Shown here: positions 19,401-20,000 of the stretch, piece after piece | How positions within the stretch are numbered: the first letter of the stretch is position 1 | How the letters are laid out: the number at the start of each line of letters is the position of its first letter | From: an uncultured virus (IMG/VR IMGVR_UViG_3300042882_000813) | Lineage: Duplodnaviria; Heunggongvirae; Uroviricota; Caudoviricetes | Strand: one strand, 5' to 3' | Length of the DNA stretch: 20,000 bases | Virus record (IMG/VR): IMGVR_UViG_3300042882_000813 | The notes under the pieces: model-generated | Seen by the model: the letters and a program-made list of their open reading frames with translations, nothing else | The model's database searches: none | What the model was told of the DNA's origin: nothing | Program-made: the position numbers and the translations under genes

Positions 19401-20000
19401 CGCTAGTCCCTGATGTTCCATCAATACCACTAGTCCCTGATGTTCCATCAATACCACTAGTCCCTGATGTACCTGAAGTACCATCTGTTCCACTAGTTCC
19501 TGAAGTTCCGCTAGTACCATCAATACCGCTAGTCCCTGAAGTTCCATCAATTCCCGAAGTTCCTGAAGTTCCATCAATTCCTGAAGTACCTGAAGTTCCA
19601 TCTGTACCGTTAATACCTGAAGTACCTGATGTACCATCTGTACCGTCAATACCCGAACAACCTGTCACACCTGATGTACCTGAAGTACCATCTATTCCAC
19701 TTGTACCTGAAGTACCGTCTATTCCACTTGTACCTGAAGTACCGTCTATTCCACTTGTACCTGAAGTACCGTCTGTACCACTAGTACCTGATGTACCATC
19801 AATTCCCGAAGTTCCTGATGTACCGTCTACTCCACTAGTTCCTGAAGTACCTGACGTTCCGTCAATACCACTAGTTCCTGAAGTTCCATCTGTTCCCGAA
19901 GTTCCTGATGTTCCATCAATACCACTAGTACCTGAAGTTCCGTCTATTCCACTTGTACCTGATGTCCCGTCTGTACCACTAGTACCCGATGTTCCGTCTA
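13480..20000 (-). CDS. Giant proline-free Gly-X-Y (G-T-S) repeat fibre protein, 5'-truncated by the window (>2170 aa)
   Basis: The frame of the 2062-aa track ORF is open from 19668 to the window edge (all codons checked), so the GTG at 19668 is internal. Two G-X-Y tracts, a ~170-aa internal globular domain, and a C-terminal domain with KSFDIPHP...LEGPE.GVY.RG...IELPDYW that I recognise from phage fibre C-termini. Confidence 0.93.
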   Translation of the reverse strand, partial: DGTSGTSGTDGTSGTSGIDGTSGTSGIDGTSGTSGTDGTSGTSGIDGTSGTSGTSGVDGTSGTSGIDGTSGTSGTDGTSGTSGIDGTSGTSGIDGTSGTSGIDGTSGTSGVTGCSGIDGTDGTSGTSGINGTDGTSGTSGIDGTSGTSGIDGTSGTSGIDGTSGTSGTSGTDGTSGTSGTSGIDGTSGTSGIDGTSGTSGTSGIDGTSGTSGTSGTSGTSGIDGTSGTSGTSGTSGIDGTSGTSGTSGTDGTSGTSGTSGIDGTSGTSGIDGTSGTSGIDGTSGTSGIDGTSGTSGIDGTSGTSGIDGTSGTSGTSGIDGTSGTSGTSGIDGTSGTSGTSGIDGTSGTSGIDGTSGTSGTSGIDGTSGTSGTSGIDGTSGTSGTSGIDGTSGTSGTSGTSGTDGTSGTSGIDGTSGTSGTSGIDGTSGTSGTSGIDGTSGTSGIDGTSGTSGTSGIDGTSGTSGIDGTSGTSGIDGTSGTSGTSGIDGTSGTSGTSGTTGTSGTSGIDGTSGTSGTSGTTGTSGTSGTSGIDGTSGTSGTSGIDGTSGTSGTSGTSGTSGIDGTSGTSGIDGTSGTSGVDGTSGTSGIDGTSGTSGTSGIDGTSGTSGTSGTSGIDGTSGTSGIDGTSGTSGTDGTSGTSGTTGTSGTSGIDGTSGTSGTSGTTGTSGTSGTDGTSGTSGTSGTTGTSGTSGTSGTTGTSGTSGTTGTSGTDGTSGTSGTTGTSGTSGIDGTSGTSGTDGTSGTSGTDGTSGTSGTDGTSGTSGTSGTSGTSGIDGTSGTSGTTGTSGTDGTSGTSGTTGTSGTSGTTGTSGTTGTSGTSGTTGTSGTSGENGISAGQVFYFNESQNSDVSGYKVLSTDPSTATTQTLTTNLTGSQQNVLVSDYITPQLGFAVIPGGVQRFHLHYLKPASNDDIDAYVEIQLATSSGTPIGPTITSNVALIGWVSSVVPVEVNVDIVLPTTTIDPTNRMIVRLYLSNNDSSSRSVVYYTEGNSYYSFVLTSVGAIAGTSGTSGTSGINGTSGTSGIDGTSGTSGTDGTSGTSGTDGTSGTSGIDGTSGTSGTDGTSGTSGTSGIDGTSGTSGTSGTSGTSGTSGIDGTSGTSGTSGIDGTSGTSGTTGTSGTSGIDGTSGTSGTSGIDGTSGTSGTTGTSGTSGVDGTSGTSGTDGTSGTSGTSGTDGTSGTSGVDGTSGTSGTDGTSGTSGTDGTSGTSGTTGTSGTSGTTGTSGTSGTTGTSGTSGTDGTSGTSGTDGTSGTSGTSGIDGTSGTSGTTGTSGTSGTSGTSGIDGTSGTSGTDGTSGTSGTTGTSGTSGTSGIDGTSGTSGTTGTSGTTGTSGTSGIDGTSGTSGTTGTSGTTGTSGTSGIDGTSGTSGTTGTSGTSGTTGTSGTSGTTGTSGTSGIDGTSGTSGTSGTTGTSGTSGTSGTSGTTGTSGTSGTSGTSGIDGTSGTSGTSGTTGTSGTTGTSGTSGTTGTSGTSGTSGTTGTSGTSGIDGTSGTSGTDGTSGTSGTTGTSGTSGTTGTSGTSGTTGTSGTSGTSGTSGIDGTSGTSGTTGTSGTSGVNGTSGTSGTTGTSGTSGVNGTSGTSGTTGTSGTSGVNGTSGTTGTSGTTGTSGTSGVNGTSGTSGTTGTSGTSGVNGTSGTTGTSGTTGTSGTSGTTGTSGTSGTSGTSGVNGTSGTSGTTGTSGTTGTSGTSGTSGTTGTSGTSGTSGVNGTSGTSGTSGIDGTSGTSGVNGTSGTTGTSGTSGTSGTTGTSGTSGTTGTSGTSGVNGTSGTTGTSGTTGTSGTSGVNGTSGTTGTSGTTGTSGTTGTSGTSGTTGTSGTSGINGTSGTSGTTGTSGTSGVNGTSGTSGTTGTSGTTGTSGTSGTTGTSGTSGVNGTSGTSGTTGTSGTTGTSGTTGTSGTSGTTGTSGTTGTSGTSGVNGTSGTSGVNGTSGTSGTTGTSGTTGTSGTSGTTGTSGTTGTSGTSGVNGTSGTTGTSGTSGTTGTSGTTGTSGTSGVNGTSGTTGTSGTSGTSGIANILNNANNRLTTATGNSGELQAETNATFDGSTLRITGDTVMTGSLTAASKSFDIPHPTKEGYRLRYGVLEGPEHGVYFRGSTTQKVIELPDYWVGLVHEDSFTVNLTSIGKPCENYIVEIKDNKVFIDSGCDDINVFYLIYAERKDVEKVLLEYKPIK
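13963..16980 (-). repeat. G-X-Y tract 2 (~1006 aa, ~335 triplets: GTS/GTT/GID/GTD/GVN)
   Basis: Gly at every third residue in the translation; 9-bp periodicity with mixed synonymous codons. Confidence 0.95.
17494..20000 (-). repeat. G-X-Y tract 1 (at least ~835 aa, GTS/GID-dominated; continues beyond the window)
   Basis: Gly at every third residue up to the window edge; a single GVT-GCS variant at 19654-19671. Confidence 0.95.

Noticed and set aside
13947..19649. Many short - strand ORFs of the type MVHQVLQELV
   Set aside because: Alternate-frame readings of the same repeat, interrupted by frequent stops.
19666..19668. GTG start assigned by the ORF track
   Set aside because: The frame stays open with continuing G-X-Y repeats to position 20000, so the true start is outside the window.
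13963..20000. CRISPR array or non-coding satellite interpretation of the periodic DNA
   Set aside because: No constant repeat with unique spacers. Variation is concentrated at synonymous positions, indicating protein-level constraint.

Overview
AT-rich window, most likely from a large (jumbo-type) bacteriophage. Support for this: standard genetic code, an ATGA gene overlap, intrinsic terminators, no Shine-Dalgarno motifs, and no obvious signal peptides. A + strand glycosylation module sits between very large Ser/Thr-rich fibre-like genes on the - strand. The module has a methyltransferase fused to a GT34-like glycosyltransferase, and a three-domain GT-A + GT4 + TibC/Aah-type protein O-heptosyltransferase with an intact four-Cys iron-finger motif. 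On its right is a >2170-aa proline-free (Gly-X-Y)n protein dominated by G-T-S triplets. On its left are two Cys-rich modular proteins with long Thr-alternating (PT/TN/TQ) stalks, one with a LamG domain and a C-terminal Hint domain ending His-Asn-Lys-stop. A near-perfect 66-bp direct repeat carrying a TATTTATA motif and hairpin precedes both PT-stalk genes and so brackets one as a cassette. A three-hairpin structured RNA candidate lies upstream of the glycosylation genes. Best hypothesis (inference): a phage-encoded protein O-glycosylation/O-methylation system that decorates and possibly stabilises long virion fibres. Family assignments come from motif recognition, not database searches.
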